Virus record (IMG/VR): IMGVR_UViG_3300010362_000013
Direction: 5' to 3' (one strand)
Source of the DNA: an uncultured virus (IMG/VR IMGVR_UViG_3300010362_000013)
Taxonomy: Duplodnaviria > Heunggongvirae > Uroviricota > Caudoviricetes
Length of the DNA: 64,000 bases
This document shows positions 37,366 through 46,882 of this stretch, piece by piece; positions within the stretch are counted from its first letter, which is position 1, and each line of letters starts with the position of its first letter. The notes beneath the pieces were generated by a model. That model was not told the DNA's origin. It searched no databases and saw only the letters and a program-made list of their open reading frames with translations. The position numbers and the translations under genes were made by a program.

Positions 37366-39115
37366 CATCGGTGTTGACATCCCGCGAGAGGCGGTCTGCG
37401 AGGATCACGTTCCGCCTTTCAAGTTTCTTGCCGATCTGTATTTCGAGCGCACTTCGGCGGCACTGGCGCTCGCAAATCGTGGCGGCGCGAAGACATTCAT
37501 CGTTGCGATCCTGCATTTCCTCAATAGTACTTACAAGTCCGGCTGCGAGTCACTGTCATTCGGCGCGACGGAGGCTCAGGGCAATCGCTGCTATGGCAAC
37601 ATCGAAGATTGGTGCTATGAGCGCGACCCTGAAACTGGCAGGAGACTTGACATAGTTTTGCCGTTCATCCGTGAGCGGCCCAAGAAGTCGCAGACGATTT
37701 GGAAGACCGGTTCTGTTGTGGAGGTCGTCGCTGGTAGTGAGAATGCTGTCTCCGGTCCGCACCCGGCGAAGGCGCATGCCGATGAGATCGATATGATGGA
37801 GGAAGCTGTCTGGAATCAGTCCCGAGGTATGGCTGTCACTAATCGTGCCAAGGGTCCGTTGCCCGGATGGATGAGCCGTTTCAATGGCATGATCCCGCCC
37901 CAGGATATTGCCACCAGTACGCGTAACTCCACCAAAGGCCGTATGCAAGAGCTTCTCGAAGAGATCGCCGAGGATCTCAAAGCTGGTAACATTCCTCAGT
38001 TCGACCTGTATCCGTGGTGCATTTGGGAAACAGCGCAGGAAGTGCCGAATTGTCGTTGTATTGACAAGCGTACACGCAGGCAGCGACTCAAGGAATTGGG
38101 CGAAGATCCCACCTCGCTATGTGAGTGCCATCGTGTTGTCAAGGGGCGGTTGCCCGGAGGTCAGCCGCGCACGCTTGAGAAAGTTTGCCAGGGCAAGGCA
38201 TTCCGTTCGCGTGGTTGGAAGCCGTATATTGACATTGTACGCACGTTCAAGCGCAACACTCCTGGTACATGGACGTTGCAGCATGAGTGTCGTCATGGTC
38301 AGGACGAGAACAACTACATCCAAGATTGGTCGCTCAGTGCCTACGGCGTGCGGCACTATGAGCCTCATCCGCTCTACGGGCCGATCTACATGGGTATTGA
38401 CTGGGGCACGACAAACCCGGCAGCAGTGTTGTGGTTCCAATATCTAACAGCAGAAGTCCCCGGCCTCGGCTTCGAGTTCGAGGCGATTTGGCTGTCGCCG
38501 GGAATCTACGTGCTATTCAAGGAAATCTACGTTAGCGGTATTGGCACCGATGCTTTGGCGAAGCGCGTTGTCGGTATCGAGAATGGCTATCGCAACGAGT
38601 TCGGTCAGGCATGGCGCGTCAAGGGCCGGTTCGCAGACCCACAGGGTGCTGGCGATCGCATCATCTTCAAGAATCATGGGTTGCCTTCAACATGGCCGAT
38701 CAAGACACGGCAAAAAATCAGGTTTATTGACACGGTACAGAACCTCGTCGTGGATGACAGGTTTGCCGTTGATGTCGATCAGTGTCCGATGTTCTGCGAA
38801 GAGGTTGAAGGCTGGCAGAAAGACCCGCGTACTGGCAAGGAGCTTGACAAATACAATCACGCGATGTCGGCGTGGCGCTACGGTATTTCCAATGCCGAGG
38901 TCATTGAGGGCCGACGCCGTGCGATCATGGATAAGGCAAGGAAACGTCAAGAGGAGAACAGCAACGGCGGACGTGCTCTGCGTACTGTCACTCCGCGCAA
39001 GCGTTCTCTCATGAGTACTGACGTAAATGAAGTCGTCTACGGCAACGTGGCCGCGCGTGGCGGTACCGAACTGTCACTTGATCCCAGGTTTGCCTTGAAT
39101 GTGGGGAAGGAATAA
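37139..39115 (+). CDS. terL: Terminase large subunit
   Basis: ANRGGAKT Walker A, HADEID Walker B, TST, nuclease GIDWG.TNP, FADP, NHAMSAWRY. Confidence 0.88.
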   Translation: MTNGKKRKDLHPLLERMGVEEIPPALRRMGVTAEVLDRMEPDDLRGIVQRVKILSRRLRYEGPQSDDELHAWVKTNIGVDIPREAVCEDHVPPFKFLADLYFERTSAALALANRGGAKTFIVAILHFLNSTYKSGCESLSFGATEAQGNRCYGNIEDWCYERDPETGRRLDIVLPFIRERPKKSQTIWKTGSVVEVVAGSENAVSGPHPAKAHADEIDMMEEAVWNQSRGMAVTNRAKGPLPGWMSRFNGMIPPQDIATSTRNSTKGRMQELLEEIAEDLKAGNIPQFDLYPWCIWETAQEVPNCRCIDKRTRRQRLKELGEDPTSLCECHRVVKGRLPGGQPRTLEKVCQGKAFRSRGWKPYIDIVRTFKRNTPGTWTLQHECRHGQDENNYIQDWSLSAYGVRHYEPHPLYGPIYMGIDWGTTNPAAVLWFQYLTAEVPGLGFEFEAIWLSPGIYVLFKEIYVSGIGTDALAKRVVGIENGYRNEFGQAWRVKGRFADPQGAGDRIIFKNHGLPSTWPIKTRQKIRFIDTVQNLVVDDRFAVDVDQCPMFCEEVEGWQKDPRTGKELDKYNHAMSAWRYGISNAEVIEGRRRAIMDKARKRQEENSNGGRALRTVTPRKRSLMSTDVNEVVYGNVAARGGTELSLDPRFALNVGKE

Positions 39116-39117
39116 TA

Positions 39118-41742
39118 ATGGCAAGCGCGCCCAAGAACGCCAAGATCGAGAGCGCGACTCCCGATCCAAAGGAAATTGACAAGCTAGAGAAGTCTGTTCT
39201 CAGTACCGAACAGGCTCCAACGACAGCACAGATGACGCCGACCACGGGTGCGTGGCAGGCGATGTCTACACAGCTTGGCCCGCCGTTCGACAACGAGCGC
39301 GTCACGCTGTCACAAATGCGGCAGATGCGCAAGGATGCGATGATCGCGTTCGGTCTGCACTACATCAAGGTTCCGCTCGTTCGCGCCGACTGGCACATCG
39401 AAGCGCGTGACAAGAATGGTCCCAATGCGCAAGTTGCCGCTTTTATTGACAGTGCGCTGAGGCCGATCTACGGGCGCTATGTCTTCCAGCGTACGCTAGC
39501 TCTGGACTTTGGCTTTCAGGCGATGAGCAAGCGTTTCATCTACAAGAACCCTGGCGGTGTCTACAAAGACCCGACCGAAGCCGATCCGACGAAGCAGATC
39601 AAGCCGGTGTGGGACGAGGGATCTGTCGAGCCGATCATCTGGAAGACGACAACACCGCTGCGCCCTGAGCTAGTCACGCCGGTCTTCGATGACAACACTG
39701 GCGAGTTCAATGGGATGGAGTACGACGCGCCACAGGTGTCAACAGCCAAGAGCAACAAGAAGAAGAAGGCGGGCAAGCTCGAAATCGACGTGTACCACTC
39801 GCTGTGGGGCACCAACGCCAAGGATGACGAGCACGGTTCGATCTATGGCTTCCCTCGCACCGGTCACGCCCGTGATTACTGGTGGGCCTACAAATTCCTC
39901 TTCCAGCTTTCCAACCGTGGCTACGAACGGATCGCGATTCCGCCTGTGCTGGCTTACCATCCCGAGGGTAGCAGCGTCATTGACGAGGATACGGGCGAGA
40001 CGCGGGCCAATTGGGAGATCGCGCTGGAAATGGCCGATCGGCTTCGCAGCAATGCTGTCGCTGCCGTTCCGTCAACAATGGCGGAAACGGGTTTGGGAGA
40101 GACTTCCAATACGCAGCGCGGCTGGGACTTCAAGTTCCTTGAGACGCCCTCCGATTCGCTGCGGATTTTCGATGGGCGTTTCAATTACCTCAACGTGATG
40201 AAGCTGCGCTCGGTGTGGGTGCCAGAGCAGGCGTTCATTGAGGGCGAGGGTGGCACTTCCTCGCGTAACGTTGCGGCGCAAATGGCCGAGATCTTTATCG
40301 AGTCGCAAGCATTGTTGATGGATGAGGTTGACGACGAGATCAATAGGTTCATGATCCCGCAGATCCTCGTCGTCAACTTCCCCGAATTTGTCAACAATGG
40401 CGGACAGGCGTACAAGGTCAGCCACGGTTTCCGCAAGGAGGACATCGAGTTCTACAAGCAGGTGTTGCAATTGATCGGGCAAAGTAACGCATCACTGCTG
40501 ACAGATAACGTGGACATCATGGAACTTCTGCGGCGCATGAATACGCCGCTCAAGGATGCGCGCGAACTTGAGAACGAGCGCCAGCAGGTTGTCGCGCAGC
40601 AGGCACTTGGCGGTCCCCCGTTGGTCGGCCCCAACGCGGGTAGGAATGTCGGCGTAGTGCCAAATCCCGGTGGCAACAATGGCGGATCGATTCCTGGCGT
40701 CACGTCTACGACCGGTGCGGCGGCGGGCTTCTCTGACACGCGCTTCAGTACGATTTATATTCAGCCGAACGACTACATCGAACTGTCCGATGTCGAGGAC
40801 TTTCTGACAGGATTGCCGCTGACGAAGCACTATATGGACAAGACGCTGCGAGCGCTGACCGTGCAACTTCGCCGTCAGTGGGAGGGTCACTTTCGCCGCC
40901 TATACCCTGAGTTTGCAAGCTATGTCGCTGGCGTTGACAAGCTCGAACTAGCTGACGAGGAGAGGAAGATCCGCATCAGCAAGGCGACGGCGCAAAAGGC
41001 AGCCAATCGCTTGATGAAGGGTTTCGTTGTCGCCAGCGAGGTCATGCAAGAACTTGCCGACAAGAGCCGTGCGATTATCGCCAAGATGGTTGACAGAGGC
41101 GCGAAGCTCGATCAGCAGATATCGCGTAAGGAAGGCGAGCTTGACGAGGATCGCTACAACCAGTTCCTCGATGAGCAGGTCGGACGACTCATCAAGTTCA
41201 CCTCGCGCACGGCGCGCGATGAGTTGCGCGACTTCCTTGTCAATGAGATCCGTGAGGGTAACGGTCCCAAGGAAATTGCCGACAGCATCACTGCGCACTT
41301 CCAGGGCTTCCCGTCCACGAAGGCTGACCGCATCGCTCGCTCTGAAACCAGGGACGCCGTGAATGCCGCAACATTGTTGTCGAGTGAGGCGGCGGGGATC
41401 AAGTACGTCAGGGCGACTGACGGTGAGGAGTTCGATCAGGAATGCCGTGAGCGCAATGGGGCGCTGTTCACGGTCCGTGAGGCGTGGGTGGAGTTGCGCA
41501 AGGAGCACCCGAACGGTACGCTCGCCTTTGACCCAATTCCGAGGGCGAACTTCTCGATCGAATATGTCAGGACGATGCCTGACGATGCGCCGGATGACAG
41601 CACTGCGTACTTCGATGACGAATCGTCCACGGCTTTCATCATCTTCAACAGCGAGGGCACGCCGGAATATCTGTCGGCTCTCGGTGAGTGGCTGATGACG
41701 CACTCGAACGGAGCCGTCCATGAGGCCGCGACGGACTCATAA
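39118..41742 (+). CDS. Portal protein fused to MuF-like minor head domain
   Basis: Follows TerL; portal-like N-terminal ~500 aa; C-terminal ADRIARSETRDAVN...GIKY...D..C..RNG...EHPNG MuF motif. Confidence 0.8.
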   Translation: MASAPKNAKIESATPDPKEIDKLEKSVLSTEQAPTTAQMTPTTGAWQAMSTQLGPPFDNERVTLSQMRQMRKDAMIAFGLHYIKVPLVRADWHIEARDKNGPNAQVAAFIDSALRPIYGRYVFQRTLALDFGFQAMSKRFIYKNPGGVYKDPTEADPTKQIKPVWDEGSVEPIIWKTTTPLRPELVTPVFDDNTGEFNGMEYDAPQVSTAKSNKKKKAGKLEIDVYHSLWGTNAKDDEHGSIYGFPRTGHARDYWWAYKFLFQLSNRGYERIAIPPVLAYHPEGSSVIDEDTGETRANWEIALEMADRLRSNAVAAVPSTMAETGLGETSNTQRGWDFKFLETPSDSLRIFDGRFNYLNVMKLRSVWVPEQAFIEGEGGTSSRNVAAQMAEIFIESQALLMDEVDDEINRFMIPQILVVNFPEFVNNGGQAYKVSHGFRKEDIEFYKQVLQLIGQSNASLLTDNVDIMELLRRMNTPLKDARELENERQQVVAQQALGGPPLVGPNAGRNVGVVPNPGGNNGGSIPGVTSTTGAAAGFSDTRFSTIYIQPNDYIELSDVEDFLTGLPLTKHYMDKTLRALTVQLRRQWEGHFRRLYPEFASYVAGVDKLELADEERKIRISKATAQKAANRLMKGFVVASEVMQELADKSRAIIAKMVDRGAKLDQQISRKEGELDEDRYNQFLDEQVGRLIKFTSRTARDELRDFLVNEIREGNGPKEIADSITAHFQGFPSTKADRIARSETRDAVNAATLLSSEAAGIKYVRATDGEEFDQECRERNGALFTVREAWVELRKEHPNGTLAFDPIPRANFSIEYVRTMPDDAPDDSTAYFDDESSTAFIIFNSEGTPEYLSALGEWLMTHSNGAVHEAATDS

Positions 41743-41971
41743 TTCGACAAGAGTCTTTCGGCTTCTTGGTGGCACGGAAGACAATGATCTGTGGGTCTAC
41801 GATCTGGCAGATGATGACGGCGATAATGTGATCTGTTCAGTGTGGGTGCCTTCGCTGGAAGAGCGTGAGGCTATCGCTAATGGCTACAATATCAGGTTGA
41901 TGTCGTGGGGTACCAGCATCCCGCCGTATGCAATTGACATTACTGATGAGAAACTTGGAAAAGCGCCTTGA
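41720..41971 (+). CDS. Hypothetical phage protein
   Basis: SVWVPSLEEREAIANG..IRL...G...PP pattern. Confidence 0.6.
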   Translation: MRPRRTHNSTRVFRLLGGTEDNDLWVYDLADDDGDNVICSVWVPSLEEREAIANGYNIRLMSWGTSIPPYAIDITDEKLGKAP

Positions 41972-42126
41972 CCTACCACCCTCAACCGGCGCGTTGTCCT
42001 CACTGTGGCGAGGTCTATAAGCGCCTCATCAATCATCAACCGCATTGCTTGAAGAATCCGAATCGCGTATCTGGTGTGCGCAGCAAGGATTACGTGAAGC
42101 AGGAGCAGGTGACACAGAATGAGTGA
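41968..42126 (+). CDS. C2HC zinc-finger microprotein (52 aa)
   Basis: TTGA-coupled; CPHCGEVYKRLINHQPHCLKNP. Confidence 0.55.
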   Translation: MTYHPQPARCPHCGEVYKRLINHQPHCLKNPNRVSGVRSKDYVKQEQVTQNE

Positions 42127-42865
42127 AGATGAGTTCATTATCGTTTCTGACAATGGTACTGCGCCGGTGATGTTTGCTGGTGGTATCAAGGCCCCCGGTC
42201 AGGTGGCGGCGCAGCCGATTGGTTCCGGTGCTGTTGTGGCGCGCGGTGCGAGGTCGGGCAATCCCAACTTCGATCCAGTGACGGGGCGCTTTTCTGGCAA
42301 CAAGCAGAAGCAGTTGGAAGTTGTTGCGCAGACGTTGCAGGCCGGTGCGCTACCAATGCTGTCAGGAGTACCGACAGGCGTTGATCCGATTGCGTGGGCG
42401 CGAAGGATGGCGGCGGTGCGCGATGCGGCTCGCGATCTACAGGACTGGACAACGCAGACGGCGCAAACGTTTCTTGCTGCTCGCGCAGTCAATGTCAATT
42501 CTGTAGATATCAATCAGTTCCTTGCTGATGTTGCGTGGCAGCGCATCTACGATCTGGCTGATGTTCTCGATGCCAAGGTTCGTACGAAGCAGCCAGTGCG
42601 TTTGATTGCCCCGGCTGGCTGGACGAAGCGGATCTTCACCGGCCTCACTACGGATCAGGCTTCGCATCTTGTCAAGATCGTTGAAGGACGCGGCTGGGAT
42701 GTTGAGGACATCAAGCGCGAGATTGTTGCCAAGGTCAAAAATCCTGATTTGAAAAAGCAACTCGAACTGCTCTACGGAGAGGTAGCGCCAAAGGAAGGTA
42801 AGAAGCTGACAGCACCGGCAGGAACTCGTCCTGCTGAACCTGGAAAACCGAAGGTGGTGCGCTAA
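42119..42865 (+). CDS. Hypothetical protein, possibly virion/head associated
   Basis: GNPNFDPVTGRF motif; SD AGGAG. Confidence 0.55.
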   Translation: MSEDEFIIVSDNGTAPVMFAGGIKAPGQVAAQPIGSGAVVARGARSGNPNFDPVTGRFSGNKQKQLEVVAQTLQAGALPMLSGVPTGVDPIAWARRMAAVRDAARDLQDWTTQTAQTFLAARAVNVNSVDINQFLADVAWQRIYDLADVLDAKVRTKQPVRLIAPAGWTKRIFTGLTTDQASHLVKIVEGRGWDVEDIKREIVAKVKNPDLKKQLELLYGEVAPKEGKKLTAPAGTRPAEPGKPKVVR

Positions 42866-43539
42866 TGGCGACAAACGGTAGGTTACCGGCAAGCACTCTC
42901 GGAGCAATTCCGGGTGGACGCTTGGAGAAGGCAGCGGCGGCGTCATGGCTGCGGTTGCGGGCAGAGATTGGTAACAAGACCGGCGTCTGGATTTGCCCCA
43001 CTTCTAGTAGGACTGCTTACAGAACATACGCTGAGCAGTTGTATTTCTGGGCACTGTATACCTCGGGTCGTGGTGCGCTGGCGGCGAGGCCAGGTACTAG
43101 TAATCACGGCTGGGGATTGGCTGTTGATGTGCCGACGACAACAATGGCGCGACTCATCAATCAGTACGGAGCTAACTTCGGCTGGCAAAAGCGGTGGTCG
43201 GATGCTCCTTCTGAGTGGTGGCATTTCAAGTACGCGCCGCAGAATGACCAGCACAAGGGCAAGCCACCGGCCAACAAGCCGCGCCCCAAGCATCCGTACC
43301 ACTATATGACGGATGGCGAGAAGAAATGGCGCAACACTCTTGTGCGTGAGCGCCGAATCGCCAAGCGCAACGGTGGCTGGGATAAGGTCGGTAGCGATCA
43401 TTTGTCGATGGCTATCCGCGCCAAGCGAGAGTTGCGCAAGAAGATGAAAGAAATCGAAGACGCTGCCAAGAAGTCCGGTTGGAACAAGTTCCATCGCCGA
43501 ACCCGTTACGACTATATGAGGAAGCTTGTCAATGGCTGA
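42865..43539 (+). CDS. M15 family peptidase (D-Ala-D-Ala carboxypeptidase-like endolysin)
   Basis: NGRLP, AYRTYAEQ, AARPGTSNHGWGLAVD, SEWWHF. Confidence 0.88.
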   Translation: MATNGRLPASTLGAIPGGRLEKAAAASWLRLRAEIGNKTGVWICPTSSRTAYRTYAEQLYFWALYTSGRGALAARPGTSNHGWGLAVDVPTTTMARLINQYGANFGWQKRWSDAPSEWWHFKYAPQNDQHKGKPPANKPRPKHPYHYMTDGEKKWRNTLVRERRIAKRNGGWDKVGSDHLSMAIRAKRELRKKMKEIEDAAKKSGWNKFHRRTRYDYMRKLVNG

Positions 43540-43849
43540 GCAAGAAATTACGCAGACCGAGGATCACGTCGAGGAGGCCGTCCCGCACAGCGAGATTGCC
43601 ACCACTGTTTCTGACATGCCTGTTGATTTTGGTGAGCCGGGTGTCGCAGACTGGCCTGATCCCGCCTTCGGTGAGGTCGCTGAGGAAGAGACGCCGGAAG
43701 AAACACCGGATGACGATGATCCCGACGACGAGGAAAGTGACGGCGAAGAGGAAGTCGAGCAAGAAGATCTGCCCGACGAGAACGAGGAACCGGAAGAGCC
43801 GGTGCTGCCTCCCGGCGTCGAAGAGGAGCAACAAGAAGGGCAGCAGTGA
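43532..43849 (+). CDS. Acidic low-complexity protein
   Basis: Asp/Glu-rich, coupled on both sides. Confidence 0.55.
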   Translation: MAEQEITQTEDHVEEAVPHSEIATTVSDMPVDFGEPGVADWPDPAFGEVAEEETPEETPDDDDPDDEESDGEEEVEQEDLPDENEEPEEPVLPPGVEEEQQEGQQ

Positions 43850-44604
43850 TGACGCTTCCTGTTACGCCCAACAAGACGATTCCAAGCTCACTCAGAAAGG
43901 GCGACTCGGGCTGGCCGGTCTACGCGCTGCAAGCGGGCCTCACTGTCTGTGGCTTTGATTGCGAAGGCAATGATGGTGCCTTTGGGCCAAAGACTGATAT
44001 GCAAACGCGTCTCTTTCAAAAGAAGTACAACCTTGTCGTTGACGGGATCGCCGGGAATGCTACGCAGTCGCGGATTTCGATCTTGATTGATGCCAAGACG
44101 CATAACCGCCACAAGGATCTCCCGACAGGATTGCTGCGAGGCTTCGCAGAGACGGAGGGCGGTAATAATCTTGGTGCCGTCAACTGGCACATCGAGGGCG
44201 GTGTTGATTGCGGGATCGTGCAGATCCGCGTCTACGGCCCGCCCTATGCCACGCAGCACATGCAGAACGCCTACAATCCTTCTGTCGCGATGGAGAAGGT
44301 GGCAACGACGTTCAAGGGTCGCGTGGCTTCGATGCGCACGATGGCCTACGCCAAGAAGCAGCCGATGGAGTACGCAATCCGGTGCGCGGCGCTGGCATGG
44401 AACTGGCCTTATGCGGCGGAACAGTATGCGAAGAACGGTAAGCTACCAAGTCCAAACAATGACTGTACTTGGGCGGTCATTGGCAATACTCGCGTCAAGT
44501 TTCCTAACGGCCAACCAGTGAAGACGTGGAAGGATTGGGCCGAGTTCTACGCGCTCGGCGGCAAGAACGGCGAGGGGCGCGTGACCCGCTTCATAGATTG
44601 GTGA
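43846..44604 (+). CDS. Endolysin: peptidoglycan-binding domain + lysozyme-like domain
   Basis: LRKGDSG..V..LQ..L...DG.FGPKT......FQ....L.VDGIAG..T, then ETEGG...DCGIVQI. Confidence 0.8.
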   Translation: MMTLPVTPNKTIPSSLRKGDSGWPVYALQAGLTVCGFDCEGNDGAFGPKTDMQTRLFQKKYNLVVDGIAGNATQSRISILIDAKTHNRHKDLPTGLLRGFAETEGGNNLGAVNWHIEGGVDCGIVQIRVYGPPYATQHMQNAYNPSVAMEKVATTFKGRVASMRTMAYAKKQPMEYAIRCAALAWNWPYAAEQYAKNGKLPSPNNDCTWAVIGNTRVKFPNGQPVKTWKDWAEFYALGGKNGEGRVTRFIDW

Positions 44605-44610
44605 GAGGAG

Positions 44611-45009
44611 GTGAATGTGAATCCAACCAATCTTGTCAAGGGCCAGATGCCGGATATTACGCCGCCACAGATTGTGGCATTTGTGATCGCTGGCATTCCG
44701 GTTATCGCAACACTGTTGCGAGCATTTGGTGTTTTCGATCTGTCCGTCGAACAGGAGAAAGCACTCTCTGACGCATTGACGTGGGCTGGTGTGTTTGCTG
44801 CTGCGCTGATCGGCGGCGATGCTGTTGTGCGTACGGGTCGCAACATCCGCAAGGGCAACGTTGAAGCCGCGCTCGTTCATGAGCCTGGTTATGGCCCGGA
44901 GAATGTTGAGGTTCGTAACAGCGTGCTCACCTCGGTTGCGCAGCCTTCATCTAATGAAGCGCCTACGCAGGTTGTCAATCCTGCTACCAAGTTGCCCAGC
45001 AAGCCGTGA
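44611..45009 (+). CDS. Holin-like membrane protein
   Basis: Two hydrophobic segments directly after the endolysin; SD GAGGAGGTG. Confidence 0.65.
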   Translation: MNVNPTNLVKGQMPDITPPQIVAFVIAGIPVIATLLRAFGVFDLSVEQEKALSDALTWAGVFAAALIGGDAVVRTGRNIRKGNVEAALVHEPGYGPENVEVRNSVLTSVAQPSSNEAPTQVVNPATKLPSKP

Positions 45010-45019
45010 GGTATTGACG

Positions 45020-45244
45020 ATGAGTGTTCTGCCCGGTCATGAGGATCTCCAACCCAAGGTCATCCTCGGCGTCGATAGCATGGGCTTCGCACTAGTGCAG
45101 TGCGATGCCGACATCAAACGCTATAAACTCTACGTTGGACCGGGCGGAGCGCTCATGGCTCGTCCGCATGAAGAAGACAATACTCCTGACCAACTACAAC
45201 CCGATTCCGTTTTGGTACGGCATCGCGGTGTTGACCAAATATAA
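45020..45244 (+). CDS. Hypothetical protein
   Basis: SD GAGGT, then MSVLPGHEDLQ... Confidence 0.5.
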   Translation: MSVLPGHEDLQPKVILGVDSMGFALVQCDADIKRYKLYVGPGGALMARPHEEDNTPDQLQPDSVLVRHRGVDQI

Positions 45245-45251
45245 ACCCAAA

Positions 45252-45548
45252 ATGCCTGATCGACAGCCTAAACTCGTCAAGAACTCGAAGAACCGTCGCT
45301 GTGAGCGCTGTACCGGAATCCACACCTACATCACCAAGCTTAGCGACGATACGTTCTGCGACGCCCCCGTCGCCTTCTCACCGGAGAAAGCGCTCAAGAT
45401 CGCAAACCTGCTCGCCAGTGGTGCTAAAGATGTGGTTCGTATTCCTGATGACACTCTTGTCGTTATGGATGACAGCGCTCGGCGGCTTCCGCATGGAGAC
45501 AGGACCGTCCCGCTTGCCCAGTACACCTCTAGTGAGCGACTGGCCTGA
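45252..45548 (+). CDS. Hypothetical Cys-containing protein
   Basis: CERC...C; start at MPDRQP. Confidence 0.5.
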   Translation: MPDRQPKLVKNSKNRRCERCTGIHTYITKLSDDTFCDAPVAFSPEKALKIANLLASGAKDVVRIPDDTLVVMDDSARRLPHGDRTVPLAQYTSSERLA

Positions 45549-45650
45549 GTGCGCAACGGCGATTGGTGGATCGTTATCCTCTGTCTCACCATCTTGGCTG
45601 GCATTTTCATCTTTGTCGCGGTGTCATCGCTCCCAGGTTGGCACTGGTAA
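45549..45650 (+). CDS. Single-TM microprotein (33 aa)
   Basis: GTG immediately after the previous stop; WWIVILCLTILAGIFIFVAV. Confidence 0.45.
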   Translation: MRNGDWWIVILCLTILAGIFIFVAVSSLPGWHW

Positions 45651-45673
45651 GTGAAGTTCAGTATGATCCCGGC

Positions 45674-46201
45674 ATGAGCTTTCTTCCCGATCATAAGCTG
45701 TCTGAGTACGGCGAGCGCTTGATCCAACCATTTCGTCAAGAGTGTGTAGAACCGGCGAGCATTGATCTGCACCTTAGTGACGAGTTTCTGGTTCCTGACA
45801 TAAGTAATGTCAGATGTGTTGATCTGGATGATCCGATCGACTTCATGCGGCGCGTTGAAGTTGGTATCGAGGGTTACGTCTTGCATCCCGGCGAGTTCAT
45901 CCTTGGCGTGACTGAGGAGCGAGTAACACTACCTGCAAATATTGTTGGTAAGATCGAGGGTAAAAGCAGCCTCGGTCGGCTTGGCTTGATGGTTCACGTC
46001 ACAGCGGGGTTTATCGATCCCGGCTTCCGGGGACCAGTAACTCTGGAAATGAAGAACCTCTTGCAGGTGCCAATAGTGCTGAGGCCGGGTAAGAAGATCT
46101 GTCAGATTGCATTTGCACTGATGGATGCTCCTGCTCTCAATCCCTATAAGGGGCGTTACCAAGACTCCAAGGGAGTCGTCGCCTCGCGCTACGGAGAGTA
46201 A
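45674..46201 (+). CDS. dcd: dCTP deaminase
   Basis: PASIDLHL, LHPGEFILG.T.E, EGKSSLGRLGL.VH.TAGFIDPGFRG..TLE, Y.GRYQ; leaderless, TATGAT 6 nt upstream. Confidence 0.95.
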   Translation: MSFLPDHKLSEYGERLIQPFRQECVEPASIDLHLSDEFLVPDISNVRCVDLDDPIDFMRRVEVGIEGYVLHPGEFILGVTEERVTLPANIVGKIEGKSSLGRLGLMVHVTAGFIDPGFRGPVTLEMKNLLQVPIVLRPGKKICQIAFALMDAPALNPYKGRYQDSKGVVASRYGE

Positions 46202-46207
46202 ATAGTC

Positions 46208-46444
46208 ATGGCAGTATACTGTCGGAAATGCGGGCAAGAGCGGGACTACCCGTTCTCGGCAATGCGGACCAGTCGTGCTCCGTGTGACTATTGCGGCGGC
46301 TATGACGAGTATGATGGCTTCAATCGGCGCACACGTAAGCCTCAGCGGATGAGGCAGAACAACTATAGCTACCCTGACAACCTGCTTCCAGGTCCAAATG
46401 ATGTCAACACCACTGCCGAACGCGAATACGAAAGCGCTCCGTGA
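46208..46444 (+). CDS. Zinc-ribbon protein
   Basis: CRKCG...CDYCG. Confidence 0.6.
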   Translation: MAVYCRKCGQERDYPFSAMRTSRAPCDYCGGYDEYDGFNRRTRKPQRMRQNNYSYPDNLLPGPNDVNTTAEREYESAP

Positions 46445-46447
46445 CGC

Positions 46448-46873
46448 ATGCCGTCGTCTAACCGGAGTTCTAACGAGATTGGCGATAGCGCTGAGGAACG
46501 CGCTGCGGCGGCTCTGCAAGGCTCTCGCGTCGTGCAGTCGGGCGGTGGCAAATTTGTCAAGCTCGATTGCCGTGACGGAGCAAAGTTCATCTATTCGGTC
46601 AAAGCGTCAAGAACCTTGGCGGACACAGCCATCCGCGCAATTTGGAAACTCTGGATGGAGGCGCGCAGAGGTACGCGGGGTCCATCCGGGCATGGCGAAG
46701 ATGCTAAACCGGCGATGATCTTTGAGATCAATGGCGAGTTACTAGTATTGACACGATTGGCCGATCATGCGGCGTTGGCGACCCGCGAGATTGAACCGTA
46801 CATCGTACCAAGCAAGGCGCAAGAACGGCGAGCACGCGCTTTGAGAAGTCCTATTGACAACTATCCTTACTAG
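46448..46873 (+). CDS. Hjc-like PD-(D/E)xK fold protein (possibly degenerate)
   Basis: G...EE.AA..L.G..V..SGGG....D.......SVK; the expected ExK appears as SVK. Confidence 0.55.
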   Translation: MPSSNRSSNEIGDSAEERAAAALQGSRVVQSGGGKFVKLDCRDGAKFIYSVKASRTLADTAIRAIWKLWMEARRGTRGPSGHGEDAKPAMIFEINGELLVLTRLADHAALATREIEPYIVPSKAQERRARALRSPIDNYPY

Positions 46874-46882
46874 GAGATAGTC

